Shown: one piece after another, positions 25,368 through 34,794 of the stretch
Layout of the letters: the number at the start of each line of letters is the position of its first letter
How positions within the stretch are numbered: the first letter of the stretch is position 1
Origin: Candidatus Eiseniibacteriota bacterium
Lineage (GTDB): Bacteria > Eisenbacteria > RBG-16-71-46
Reading direction: 5' to 3'
DNA: 57,759 nt
NCBI GenBank assembly: GCA_031364505.1
Contig: JANLWK010000222.1
Span: 1-57,759 of the forward strand
Notes under the pieces: generated by a model
Seen by the model: only the letters and a program-made list of their open reading frames with translations
Databases searched by the model: none
What the model was told of the DNA's origin: nothing
Position numbers and translations under genes: made by a program

Positions 25368-25402
25368 TGCCGAACGCGCGCCCGCTGAGGTAGATTGCAC
25401 CG

Positions 25403-28400
25403 GTGACCCTTGCCCCATCGACCCGCCTCGGCAACTACGAAATCCTCGGCTCCCTCGGCGCCGGCGGCATGGGCGAGGTGTATCGCGCCAAGGACTTACG
25501 CCTTGGACGTGAAGTAGCGCTCAAAGTGCTGCCGGCCGACATGGCGGGCGATGCCGAGCGCCTCGAACGGTTCGAGCGTGAGGCGCGCACGGTGGCGGGG
25601 CTCAATCACCCGAACATCGTGGTGCTCCATTCGGTCGAGGACGACGGCGGCATCCGATTCCTCACGATGGAGCTGGTCGAGGGTGATGGTCTCGACCGCC
25701 ACGTTGCCGCGGGCGGCCTGCCCGTCGAGCGGGTCGTGGAGTTGGGGATCGCGCTCGCGGACGCGCTGACAGCCGCGCACGAAAAGGGCGTGGTGCACCG
25801 CGACCTCAAGCCCGCGAACGTGATGGTGACGCGCGACGGGCGGGTGAAGGTCCTCGACTTCGGGCTCGCGAAGCTCGTCACCACCGGTTCCGTTGTCGAC
25901 GCCTCGCAGGCGGTGACCGTCGCGGCGCTGTCGGCCACGGGGCAGGTCGTCGGCACCGTGCCGTACATGGCGCCCGAGCAGGTGCGTGGCGAGTCGGTCG
26001 ACCACCGCACGGACCTGTTCGCGCTCGGCGTCGTCCTCTACGAGCTGACCGCCGGGCGCAGGCCGTTCGAGGGCGCGACGCCGATGGTGATCACTTCGGC
26101 GATCCTGTGCAATACGCCGCCCGCGCTGACGAGCCTGCGCGCCGACGTGCCGTCGGATCTCGACCGCATCGTCGCGCGCTGCCTGGAGAAGGAGCCGCGG
26201 GAACGCTTTCAGACGGCCCTCGACGTGAGCAACGAACTGCGGCGCATGCGGCCGGGGCGTGACGCGGCGGTGGTGCGAAAGGCGCCGCCGGTTCCGTCGA
26301 CGCCGCTGCTCGGTCGCGAGGCGACGCTCGCGGCCGCGGCGGAGCGTGTGCGCGGCGGCGCGCGCGTGCTCACGATCAGCGGCTACGGCGGCACGGGCAA
26401 GACGCGCTTCTCGATCGAGCTGTGCCGGCGCCTGGCACCCGAGTACGCGGGCGGCGCGGCATTCGTCTCGCTCGCGTCCGTGACCGCGGCGGCGGACGTG
26501 CTGCCGACGGTCGTCGTGGCACTCGACATCGCCGAGGCACACGGCCGCTCGGCGCTCGATGCGCTCGCCACCGTCATCGGCGAGCACCGCGTGCTGCTCG
26601 TGCTGGACAACCTGGAACAGGTGCTCGACGCCGCCGTCGACGTCGCGGCGCTCGTCGCGCGCTGCCCCGCGCTGCAGGTGATCGCCACGAGCCGCGCGCC
26701 ACTCAAGATCGGGGCGGAGACGGAGTTCAGCCTGCCCCCGCTCGACCTGCCGGCGGCCGGCGCGACGTCGATCGAGGCACTCGCGAGCTGTCCGTCGGTC
26801 GCGCTGTTCGTCCAGCGGGCCGAGAAGGTGAAGCCCGGCTTCGCGCTCACCGCGGCCAACGCCGACGCGATCGCCGCGATCTGCCGGCGGCTCGATGGCC
26901 TGCCGCTCGCGCTCGAACTGGCGGCGGCGCGCGTGCGCACGCTCGAGCCCGCGGGGCTGCTCCAGCGACTCGATCACGCGCTCGACCTGCTGACCTCCGG
27001 CGACCGCGACCTGCCGCTGCGCCAGCGGACGCTGCGCGCGACGATCAGCTGGAGCTACTCGCTCCTCGACGCTGCCGAGCAGCGGCTGCTCCGGCGGCTG
27101 TCCGTCTTCCACGAGGGTTGGACATTCGAGGCGATGGAGCGCGTCTGCTACGCCGAGGCCGAGCGTCATCGCGCGCTCGACGAGCTCGATTCGCTGGTCG
27201 AGAAGGGCCTCGTGCGCGTCGTGGGCCAGGGCGTGCGCTATGCGCTGCTCGAGACGATCCGGGCGTTCGCGGCCGAGCAGCTTCACGCGGGTGGCGAGGT
27301 GGACGCCACGCGTCACGCGCATGCCGCGTATTGCGTCGCGTTCTCCCGAGAGGTAGCCGACGGCATCTTCGGGACGGCGCAGCTCGAGGCCATGCGGCGC
27401 GGCCGTGACGACAACGCGAACACGCAGGCGGCGATCCTGTGGCTCACCGCATGCGCGCAGGCAGGGGACGTGGCGGCGCTGGAGCAGGCGCTCCTGCTCT
27501 GCGGCCAGCTCGACTGGTACTGGCACATCTGCGCGCAACACCTCACCGCGCGCGTGTGGCTGGATACGCTGCTCGCACTCGCGGCCGATCGTCCGCCGAG
27601 CCGCGGTCGCGCGCTCTCGTGGCTGGCGACCGGCATGGTGTCGACGACGACCGGCGAGTGGGACCGCTCGCTCCGCGAGTGGGGGAACGGCTTCGCGGAC
27701 GGGCAGGCGGTGGGCGACGCGCGGGCCGCGGCCGAGGGCATCATGGGCGTGGGCTACTGCCACCTGAGCATGGGACACATGGACGAAGCGATCGCGGCGC
27801 TCGACGATGCCATCGCTCGCAGCGCGACGATCCGATTCGACTTCATGCGGGCACTGGCGACGTCGCTGAAAGGGATTCTGCTGTTCTCCACGGGACACGC
27901 CGATGCGGGGATGGCCCTGGCCGAGGAAGCGCGACAGAGCTTCGTGCGTCTCGACGACTACGAGGGGCGCGGCGTGGCGCACAGCCTGCTCGCCCAGATG
28001 GCCTTCGCGAAGGGCGACCATGCCCGCGCGCTCGCGCACTACCACGACGCGCTCGAGTCGCTCGAGACCGTGGGCGACCACCCCGAGATCGCGCGCGTGC
28101 ACTGCGAGATGGGCTGGACCGCGCTGGCCTCCTCGAATGCGCGCGCCGCGCAGGACGCATTCGAGCGCGCGGTACACGCGTACGACGTGGTCGGCAGCCC
28201 GCGCGGCACCGGCCTGGCTTTGATGGGACTCGCGGCGGTCGAGGCCGCCGAGGGCCGAACGGAAAGCGCCGTGTCGATCGCGGCGGCGGCGCACGCGCTG
28301 TCGGAGCGCGCAGGAGTGGTGATCTTGCACCCGATGGCGCCGGACCTCTCCAGCCGGATCGATGCACTCAAGGCGTCGATCCCCGCGGGAGCGCTGGACG

Positions 28401-28474
28401 GTCTCGAGGCGAGCGCGGCCGCACTCACACCGGCGGCGGTCCTCGCGATGATCGGGGACGTCGTGCGCCGATGA
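25403..28474 (+). CDS. Ser/Thr protein kinase fused to STAND-type P-loop NTPase and TPR domains (PknK-like)
   Basis: GxGxxG/VALK, HRDLKPAN, DFG and APE kinase motifs. Then Walker A GYGGTGKTRF and Walker B LLVLDNLEQV. Then a long helical/TPR C-terminus. GTG start at 25403. Confidence 0.88.
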   Translation: MTLAPSTRLGNYEILGSLGAGGMGEVYRAKDLRLGREVALKVLPADMAGDAERLERFEREARTVAGLNHPNIVVLHSVEDDGGIRFLTMELVEGDGLDRHVAAGGLPVERVVELGIALADALTAAHEKGVVHRDLKPANVMVTRDGRVKVLDFGLAKLVTTGSVVDASQAVTVAALSATGQVVGTVPYMAPEQVRGESVDHRTDLFALGVVLYELTAGRRPFEGATPMVITSAILCNTPPALTSLRADVPSDLDRIVARCLEKEPRERFQTALDVSNELRRMRPGRDAAVVRKAPPVPSTPLLGREATLAAAAERVRGGARVLTISGYGGTGKTRFSIELCRRLAPEYAGGAAFVSLASVTAAADVLPTVVVALDIAEAHGRSALDALATVIGEHRVLLVLDNLEQVLDAAVDVAALVARCPALQVIATSRAPLKIGAETEFSLPPLDLPAAGATSIEALASCPSVALFVQRAEKVKPGFALTAANADAIAAICRRLDGLPLALELAAARVRTLEPAGLLQRLDHALDLLTSGDRDLPLRQRTLRATISWSYSLLDAAEQRLLRRLSVFHEGWTFEAMERVCYAEAERHRALDELDSLVEKGLVRVVGQGVRYALLETIRAFAAEQLHAGGEVDATRHAHAAYCVAFSREVADGIFGTAQLEAMRRGRDDNANTQAAILWLTACAQAGDVAALEQALLLCGQLDWYWHICAQHLTARVWLDTLLALAADRPPSRGRALSWLATGMVSTTTGEWDRSLREWGNGFADGQAVGDARAAAEGIMGVGYCHLSMGHMDEAIAALDDAIARSATIRFDFMRALATSLKGILLFSTGHADAGMALAEEARQSFVRLDDYEGRGVAHSLLAQMAFAKGDHARALAHYHDALESLETVGDHPEIARVHCEMGWTALASSNARAAQDAFERAVHAYDVVGSPRGTGLALMGLAAVEAAEGRTESAVSIAAAAHALSERAGVVILHPMAPDLSSRIDALKASIPAGALDGLEASAAALTPAAVLAMIGDVVRR

Positions 28475-30117
28475 TCACGCTCACCAACATCTCCAAGCAA
28501 TACGGGCGGCAGGTGCTGTTCGTCGAGACCTCGTTCCAGCTGAATCCGGGCGAGAAGGCGGGGCTCGTCGGTCCGAACGGCGCGGGGAAGACGACTGTCT
28601 TTCGCATGATCGTGGGCGAGCAATCGCCCGACGAGGGCGAAGTCACGGTGCCGCGCCGGCTGAGCATCGGGTACTACCGCCAGGACACCGGCGAGATGTC
28701 CGGCCGCTCGGTGCTCGACGAGACCATCGCGAGCAGCGGGGCGCTCGGCGACCTGCACCACGAGCTGAAGGACCTCGAGGCGGCGATGGCCGACCCTGAA
28801 CGGGTATCCGACCTCGACCGCATCCTCGAGCGCTTCGGCCACGTCCAGGAGGAGTACCAGCGCGGCGGCGGCTACGACCTCGAGTCGCGGGCGCGCGAGA
28901 TCCTCACGGGGCTGGGACTCGACGCCGTTCAGATCGAGGGTGACGCGGGCGCGCTGTCCGGCGGATGGAAGATGCGGGTGGGGCTCGCGCGCATCCTGCT
29001 CGGCAAGCCGGACGTGCTGCTGATGGACGAGCCGACCAACCATCTCGACATCGAGTCGATCCTGTGGCTCGAACGCTTCATCCGCGACTACGCGGGCGCG
29101 GTGCTGATGACCTGCCACGACAAGGACTTCATGAACCGTATCGTCGACCGCATCGTCGAGATCGACGGCGGCGAGTTCACCACCTACACCGGCGACTATG
29201 ACTTCTACGTGCGCCAGCGCGCCATCGCGAACGCGAATCGCGAGGCCGCGCACGCGCGCCAGCAGGCCATGCTGGCGAAGGAGCGGCGCTTCATCGAGCG
29301 CTTCCAGGCGCACGCGGCGAAGGCGGCCCAGGTGCAGAGCCGCGTGAAGAAGCTCGAGAAGATCGAGATGGTCGAGCTGCCGCGCACGCGCAAGGTCGTG
29401 GAGTTCCGCTTCGCCCAGCCGCCACGCTCGGGCGAGGACGTCGTCGAGCTGCGGGGGATCCGCAAGGCCTACGGTGACCGTGTGATCTACGACGGGTTCG
29501 ACTTCAGCATCCGGCGCAACGAACGCTGGTGCGTGATGGGCCGGAACGGCGCGGGCAAGACGACGCTGCTGCGCCTGGTCGCCGGCGCGATGACGCCCGA
29601 CGCGGGCACCGTGCGGCTCGGCGCCTCGCTCACGGTCGGCTACTTCGCGCAGCAGGCGCTCGACCTGCTCGACCCGACGCGGTCGGTGTTCGAGCAGATC
29701 CAGCACGACTTCCCGCAGGCGGGCCAGGGCGCGCTCAAGAACCTGCTCGGCGCCTTCCAGTTCTCGGGCGGCGACGTGGACAAGCCGATCCGCGTGCTCT
29801 CGGGCGGCGAGAAGTCACGCCTCGTGCTCGCGCGGATGCTGTTCCAGCCGCCGAACTTCCTCATCCTCGACGAGCCCACGAACCACCTCGATCTCGAGAC
29901 GAAGGAGATGCTGGTGGAGTCGCTCAAGGACTTCGAGGGCACGATGCTGTTCGTGAGCCACGATCGCACGTTCCTCCGCGGCCTGAGCAACCGCGTGCTC
30001 GAACTGCGCCCCGGCGACGGCAATGGCGTGCCCGCGCGCCCGCCGTTCGAGTACGGCGGCTCGTACGTCGAGTACGTGGAGCGCACCGGGAGCGAGGCGG
30101 CGGGAGTCCACGGCTGA
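28471..30117 (+). CDS. ABC-F family ATPase (two ABC domains, no TMD)
   Basis: ATG 28471 overlaps the kinase stop (ATGA). Two Walker A motifs (GPNGAGKTT, GRNGAGKTT) and two LSGG signatures, separated by a basic helical linker. Confidence 0.9.
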   Translation: MITLTNISKQYGRQVLFVETSFQLNPGEKAGLVGPNGAGKTTVFRMIVGEQSPDEGEVTVPRRLSIGYYRQDTGEMSGRSVLDETIASSGALGDLHHELKDLEAAMADPERVSDLDRILERFGHVQEEYQRGGGYDLESRAREILTGLGLDAVQIEGDAGALSGGWKMRVGLARILLGKPDVLLMDEPTNHLDIESILWLERFIRDYAGAVLMTCHDKDFMNRIVDRIVEIDGGEFTTYTGDYDFYVRQRAIANANREAAHARQQAMLAKERRFIERFQAHAAKAAQVQSRVKKLEKIEMVELPRTRKVVEFRFAQPPRSGEDVVELRGIRKAYGDRVIYDGFDFSIRRNERWCVMGRNGAGKTTLLRLVAGAMTPDAGTVRLGASLTVGYFAQQALDLLDPTRSVFEQIQHDFPQAGQGALKNLLGAFQFSGGDVDKPIRVLSGGEKSRLVLARMLFQPPNFLILDEPTNHLDLETKEMLVESLKDFEGTMLFVSHDRTFLRGLSNRVLELRPGDGNGVPARPPFEYGGSYVEYVERTGSEAAGVHG

Positions 30118-30270
30118 ATCTACGCCGCGTCGGACGCCCCCTGTCTCATCAAGAGATCGTAAGTCTGCGGGCATGCGGCTATAATGAGGCGTCGGTGCCG
30201 CCTCTGGGACGTCGGTGCGGGCCGGCCCTACGCGCGTCAGGCGCACCTTGCCCAGCATCCCGGAGAGCCG

Positions 30271-33200
30271 ATGCAGAGGCCGCGAACCCATTTCCGATTG
30301 CTGGTCGCCGCATGCGCAGTCACGCTGTTCGCACTCGCGATGCGAGCCACCACGGCGGCGGCTACGGAGTCCTCGGTCGAGGTGATGGCGGGTGTCACCG
30401 GTCTCACGGCCGCGGTCGTGACGCCGACCGATGCTGTGAGCCGGGCGACGATCGAGGGCTGGGTCGATCAGCTCCGCACCGGCTGGACCCCGAACCTCGG
30501 CCAGATCGGCGACGCATCCGGACGCCCATGCCCGAATGTATTGTTCGCGACCACCGTCGGCGCCACGCGGGTTCTCGTGACCACGACCGGGCTCTCGCAC
30601 TACTTCTTCGCTCGCGAGGACGAAGGAGACGGAGCAGACGAGGAGGCCGAGCGCATCGCGGGGCGCGATGGTCGAAGCCATGAACCGCTCGAACGCGAGG
30701 CCCGGTGGAACCGCCTCGACGTCACGCTCGCCGGGGCGAGCATCCGCGGCGACCACGTGCGTCTCGAGGAGCCGCTGGCGGAGCAGGGGAGCACGAGCTA
30801 CTACCTGGCCCACTGCCCGGCGGGCGTGCGCGACCTGCCGTCGTACGGCCGGATCACGTTCTCCGATGTCTACCCGGGCATCGACTGGGTCGTGCGCAGT
30901 GTGCCGGGCGACGGCGTCCACCAGGACTTCGTCGTGCATCCCGGCGCCGACGCCGCCCGCATCCGGCTCGAGTACGCGGGCGCGAGCGCCATCGACGTAT
31001 CCGACGATCAGCGCACGCTGCGCATCCGCACGCCGCTCGGCGAGGTGAAGGAGGGGGCGCTGCGGTGCACGCAGGCCGATGGCGCCACATCCGTCGGCGC
31101 CCGCTTCCGAGTCGACGGCCACGCGGTGTCGGTGGTTCTGGATGCGTACGACCATGCGAAACCGCTCGTGATCGACCCGCCGCTCGTGTGGTCCACGTAC
31201 TACGGTGGGGGGTCGTTCGACGGGCCGCGCGCGATCGTCTGCGACAACGTCAACGACGTCGTGTACGTGGTCGGATACACGAACTCGACGAATCTGCCGG
31301 TGATGAACCCCGGGGGCGGCACCTACTTCGAGGGCGTGGCGCCGGCCGGCCAGGACGCGTTCATCTGGAAATTTAGCCAGGCGGGCGTGCGGCTGTGGGC
31401 GACGTACTACGGTGGCACGGGCGTGGAGTTCCTCGCGGACGGCGCGGTCGACGCGGCCGGCAACTTCTACGCGGCGGGCTACACCGTCTCGACGGATCTG
31501 CCCACCTACAACCTCGCGGGCGCCTACTTTCAGGGCGCGAACGGGGGCAACGCTGACGCGTTCCTGCTGAAGTTCGACGCGAGTGGCGCGCGGCAGTGGG
31601 CCACGTACTACGGCGGCAAGGGAGCCGACCAGGTCGATGCACTAACCACGGACGCGAGCGGACGGCTCTACGCCTGCGGCATGACGACCTCGAGCACGCC
31701 GCCGCTCGTCAATCCCGGCGGCGCGTACTTCCAGCCCGCGCCGAACTCCGTGGTCGAGGCGTTGCTCCTGAGATTCAGCGCGGCCGACTCGCTCGAGTGG
31801 GCGACCTTCTTCGGCGGGACGTCGTACGACGACGCCACCGGCATCGCGGTCTCCGGCAACAAGCTCTACGTCACCGGTTTCACGCAGTCGCCCGCCTCGT
31901 TCCCCGTGCTCAACCCGGGCGGCGGCGCCTACTTCCAGGGCACGTTCCAGGGCAACGTCGACGCCTTCCTCTCGCGTTTCACGCTGGCCGGTGCGCTGAC
32001 CTGGTCGACGTTCTACGGCGCCGCGGGCCAGGAGTACGGCGACCAGGTCGCGGTCGACGCCAACGGCAACGTCTTCATCATGGGCGACACCGATTCGCCC
32101 GCCTTCCCGACGCTCAATCCGGGCGGCTCGGCGTACTACCAGGCATCGCCCGCGGGCAGCAGCGATCTGTACATCGTGAAGTTCGACTCGTCGAACGTCC
32201 GACTGTGGGGGACGTGCTACGGCGGAACGAACCTCGAGAACACGGGCGGATCGGACCGGCCGCTGGCGCTCGACGCCCAGGGCAACGTCTACGTGACGGG
32301 CCAGACCGCCTCGAGCGACCTGCCGGTCCTGAACCCCGGCGGCGGATCCTTCTACCAGGCCACGCCGGGTGGTCAGCGCGACTCGTTCCTCGGTCAATTC
32401 AAGAACAGCGGCTCGATGCTGTGGTCGACGTATCTGGCCTCGAACGGCGGCGACTTCGGCACGGGTGTCGCGATCGGCAACGGCGGCTGCCTGTTCGCGA
32501 CCGGCGAATCGAGCGGCACCAACAATTTCGTCACCGTGAACCCCGGTCCGGGAACCTGGTACCAGCCGGCGAACGCCGGCGGCGACGACGGCTACATCAC
32601 GCGCTTCTGCACGCCGCCGTCGTCCTGCTGCCTCGACTTCACGTGCGTTCCGGTGTTCTCGCAGAGCCAGTGCACGGCCATGGGCGGTACGGCGTTCTAC
32701 CCGAACCAGCCCTGCTCGACCATCTCCTGCACCATCCTGTGCAAGATCTGCGGCACGAAGTATCTCGACTCGAATCGAAACGGCGTGCAGGACGTCGGCG
32801 AGGCCGCCCTGCCGGGCTGGACGATCCAGTTGCTGTATCCCAACGGGACGCTGTTCGCGTCCGCGACGACCGACGGATCGGGCAACTACTGTTTCAATGA
32901 CATCCCCTGCGGCCCGTGGAAGGTGAACGAGGCGATGCAGCCGGCGTGGGTCCAGACCGCGCCGTCGCCGGCCGTCCATACGCTCAATCTGCCGACCGGC
33001 GCGACGCAGAACGGCGTGAACTTCGGCAACTACTCCTGCGGCACGCCGCTGAACTGCCTGCTCGCCCCGCCGCGGCTCGCCGCGTGGTGGGCGTTCGACT
33101 TCGATCCGGGCGCCACGAGCACCGTCGACGTGGCGCACCTGAACCCCGCGCGCAACGTGGCGCAGCTCCAGCTCGACGCCACGTCCGCGCAGTCGCCGGG

Positions 33201-34794
33201 AGCGCTGTGCCTGATGTCGGCATTCGACCATGCCCGCGTTCCGAACGCGGATCAGCTCGGTCTCCAGTTCGGCGCGGGATCGTTCTCCATCGCCGCGTGG
33301 CTCAACGTCGGCGCCAGCACCGCCGGGCCGCGTACCATCGTCGAGAAGCGCGTGCCGCTCGCGGGCTCGTCGACGGGGCAGTCGCTCGGTTGGGCGCTCT
33401 ATCTCACCGGGAACCAGAGTCACTTGGAGATCGGCACGGGCGGCGCGCCGCAGGTCGTGACGGGCCCCGATGTGCCGGCCGACACGTGGACGCATCTCGC
33501 CGTGTCGATCGACCGGGTCGCGCACGAGGGCCGCTGGTACCTGGATGGCAGCCCGATCGCCGCGTTCGACTTCGCGCCCATCGCGGGCAACGTGTCGAGC
33601 GGCGGCGACCTCTATATGGGGAGTGTGAGCCCGGCGTTCGGGACCGGGGCGGCGTTCCAGGGGTGCATTGGCGATCTCGAACTGTTCGCGGCGCCGATGT
33701 CGCCGGCGGCCGCGGCGAAGGCCGCCACGACGGGTCCGATCACCTGGTGCCCCGAATACGCCGTGATGCCGCAGGTCACGTCCATCTGCCAGTCGCAGAC
33801 GACCGCACAGGTTTGCTTCAACATCTGCAACAACACCGGCGTGCCGCGGATCTATCACTGGTCACTCGCGGGCCTTCCCGCGGGCCCCGGCTGCACCCTG
33901 GCCGGTCCGACGCTGTTCGTCCCGGCCTCGGGCGCCGTCACCGTTCCCGCCGGCGGTTGTTCACCGCCCATCTGCGTCACGATCACGCGGCCGGCCGGGC
34001 TCACCGCGCAGAACGCCACCGCGTGCTTCGCGCTCACGTTCATCAACGACGCGACCGGAGCGTGCCGTTCGAAGACGGGCACGCTGCGCGCGGACAACAC
34101 CTGCTGGTGCCTGACCCCGATCCCCGCCGGCGTCGTCTCCGTGCCGGCCGGCGCCGGGGGTGCGACGATCGGCATCGGCGTTCACGCGCCGTGCGACCCG
34201 CCCGCGCTCCTGGCGTATCGGATCAGCGCCGTGTGGCTCGACCCCGACCACGAGGACCCACTGGCGCTGAGCCTCGACGGCCTGCAGCCGGGCACGCCGG
34301 TGACGGGACTCCTGAACTCGGCACGCGGCGGCGAGCAGATGATCCACGTGACCGCGACCCTGCCGAACGGCTACGACTTCGCGACGAACTACGAAGTCGT
34401 GGTCGAGGCCGACGTCGACGGCAATGGCTTGGACGAGCGGTTGTGCGGCACCGTCGTCACCGCGGCGACGTACGACAGCACCGAACGTGTCGGCGTGAAT
34501 GCGGACGCGCCGATGGATCAGGCGGTCCGACTGCTGACGAACCCCAATCCGTTCATCAGCGGAACGACGATCGGGCTCGTGATGCCGCGCGCCGAAGCAA
34601 CCACGCTCGGCGTCTACGACCTGAGCGGACGTCTCGTGCGCACGCTCCAGCGCGGGCCGCTCACCGCGGGCAGCCATCGATTCGAGTGGAACGGTCGCGA
34701 CGACTCGGGACGCCGCACGCCGGCGGGCGTCTACTTCGTGAGCTTCGACGGCCCGAGCCATCACGTGAAGGCAAAACTCACCAAGCTGCGGTGA
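30271..34794 (+). CDS. 1507-aa secreted surface protein: SBBP beta-propeller repeats, SdrD-B/Cna-B-like domain, LamG-like domain, FlgD-Ig/T9SS-type C-terminal sorting domain
   Basis: Signal peptide after ATG 30271. Many repeats of WSTYYGG...D.A..VA.D..GN.Y..G.T.S..FP. YLDSNRNGVQDVGEAALPGW...DGSGNYCF. LamG-like WTHLAVSID...WYLDGS. C-terminal NPNPF...YDLSGRLVRTL...GVYFV. Confidence 0.85.
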   Translation: MQRPRTHFRLLVAACAVTLFALAMRATTAAATESSVEVMAGVTGLTAAVVTPTDAVSRATIEGWVDQLRTGWTPNLGQIGDASGRPCPNVLFATTVGATRVLVTTTGLSHYFFAREDEGDGADEEAERIAGRDGRSHEPLEREARWNRLDVTLAGASIRGDHVRLEEPLAEQGSTSYYLAHCPAGVRDLPSYGRITFSDVYPGIDWVVRSVPGDGVHQDFVVHPGADAARIRLEYAGASAIDVSDDQRTLRIRTPLGEVKEGALRCTQADGATSVGARFRVDGHAVSVVLDAYDHAKPLVIDPPLVWSTYYGGGSFDGPRAIVCDNVNDVVYVVGYTNSTNLPVMNPGGGTYFEGVAPAGQDAFIWKFSQAGVRLWATYYGGTGVEFLADGAVDAAGNFYAAGYTVSTDLPTYNLAGAYFQGANGGNADAFLLKFDASGARQWATYYGGKGADQVDALTTDASGRLYACGMTTSSTPPLVNPGGAYFQPAPNSVVEALLLRFSAADSLEWATFFGGTSYDDATGIAVSGNKLYVTGFTQSPASFPVLNPGGGAYFQGTFQGNVDAFLSRFTLAGALTWSTFYGAAGQEYGDQVAVDANGNVFIMGDTDSPAFPTLNPGGSAYYQASPAGSSDLYIVKFDSSNVRLWGTCYGGTNLENTGGSDRPLALDAQGNVYVTGQTASSDLPVLNPGGGSFYQATPGGQRDSFLGQFKNSGSMLWSTYLASNGGDFGTGVAIGNGGCLFATGESSGTNNFVTVNPGPGTWYQPANAGGDDGYITRFCTPPSSCCLDFTCVPVFSQSQCTAMGGTAFYPNQPCSTISCTILCKICGTKYLDSNRNGVQDVGEAALPGWTIQLLYPNGTLFASATTDGSGNYCFNDIPCGPWKVNEAMQPAWVQTAPSPAVHTLNLPTGATQNGVNFGNYSCGTPLNCLLAPPRLAAWWAFDFDPGATSTVDVAHLNPARNVAQLQLDATSAQSPGALCLMSAFDHARVPNADQLGLQFGAGSFSIAAWLNVGASTAGPRTIVEKRVPLAGSSTGQSLGWALYLTGNQSHLEIGTGGAPQVVTGPDVPADTWTHLAVSIDRVAHEGRWYLDGSPIAAFDFAPIAGNVSSGGDLYMGSVSPAFGTGAAFQGCIGDLELFAAPMSPAAAAKAATTGPITWCPEYAVMPQVTSICQSQTTAQVCFNICNNTGVPRIYHWSLAGLPAGPGCTLAGPTLFVPASGAVTVPAGGCSPPICVTITRPAGLTAQNATACFALTFINDATGACRSKTGTLRADNTCWCLTPIPAGVVSVPAGAGGATIGIGVHAPCDPPALLAYRISAVWLDPDHEDPLALSLDGLQPGTPVTGLLNSARGGEQMIHVTATLPNGYDFATNYEVVVEADVDGNGLDERLCGTVVTAATYDSTERVGVNADAPMDQAVRLLTNPNPFISGTTIGLVMPRAEATTLGVYDLSGRLVRTLQRGPLTAGSHRFEWNGRDDSGRRTPAGVYFVSFDGPSHHVKAKLTKLR

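Noticed and set aside
25496-28330. 944-aa minus-strand ORF antisense to the kinase-STAND gene.
   Set aside because: Low-complexity Arg/Glu/His-rich translation. The plus strand carries complete kinase and P-loop motifs, so this is a shadow ORF.
30157-30185. Sigma-70-like promoter (TCGTAA-17-TATAAT) upstream of the giant adhesin gene.
   Set aside because: The -10 is perfect, but the -35 matches only 3 of 6 positions. The lineage's promoter consensus is unknown, so this is too weak to list as a feature.
31642-33858. 738-aa minus-strand ORF, and the long alternative plus-frame ORFs (31596..32900, and the 32916..34793 part of ORF 32916..36545), inside the SBBP adhesin gene.
   Set aside because: Arg-rich junk translations. 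Only the frame of 30271..34794 shows the repeat and domain structure. The 32916..36545 frame becomes genuine only from ATG 34794.
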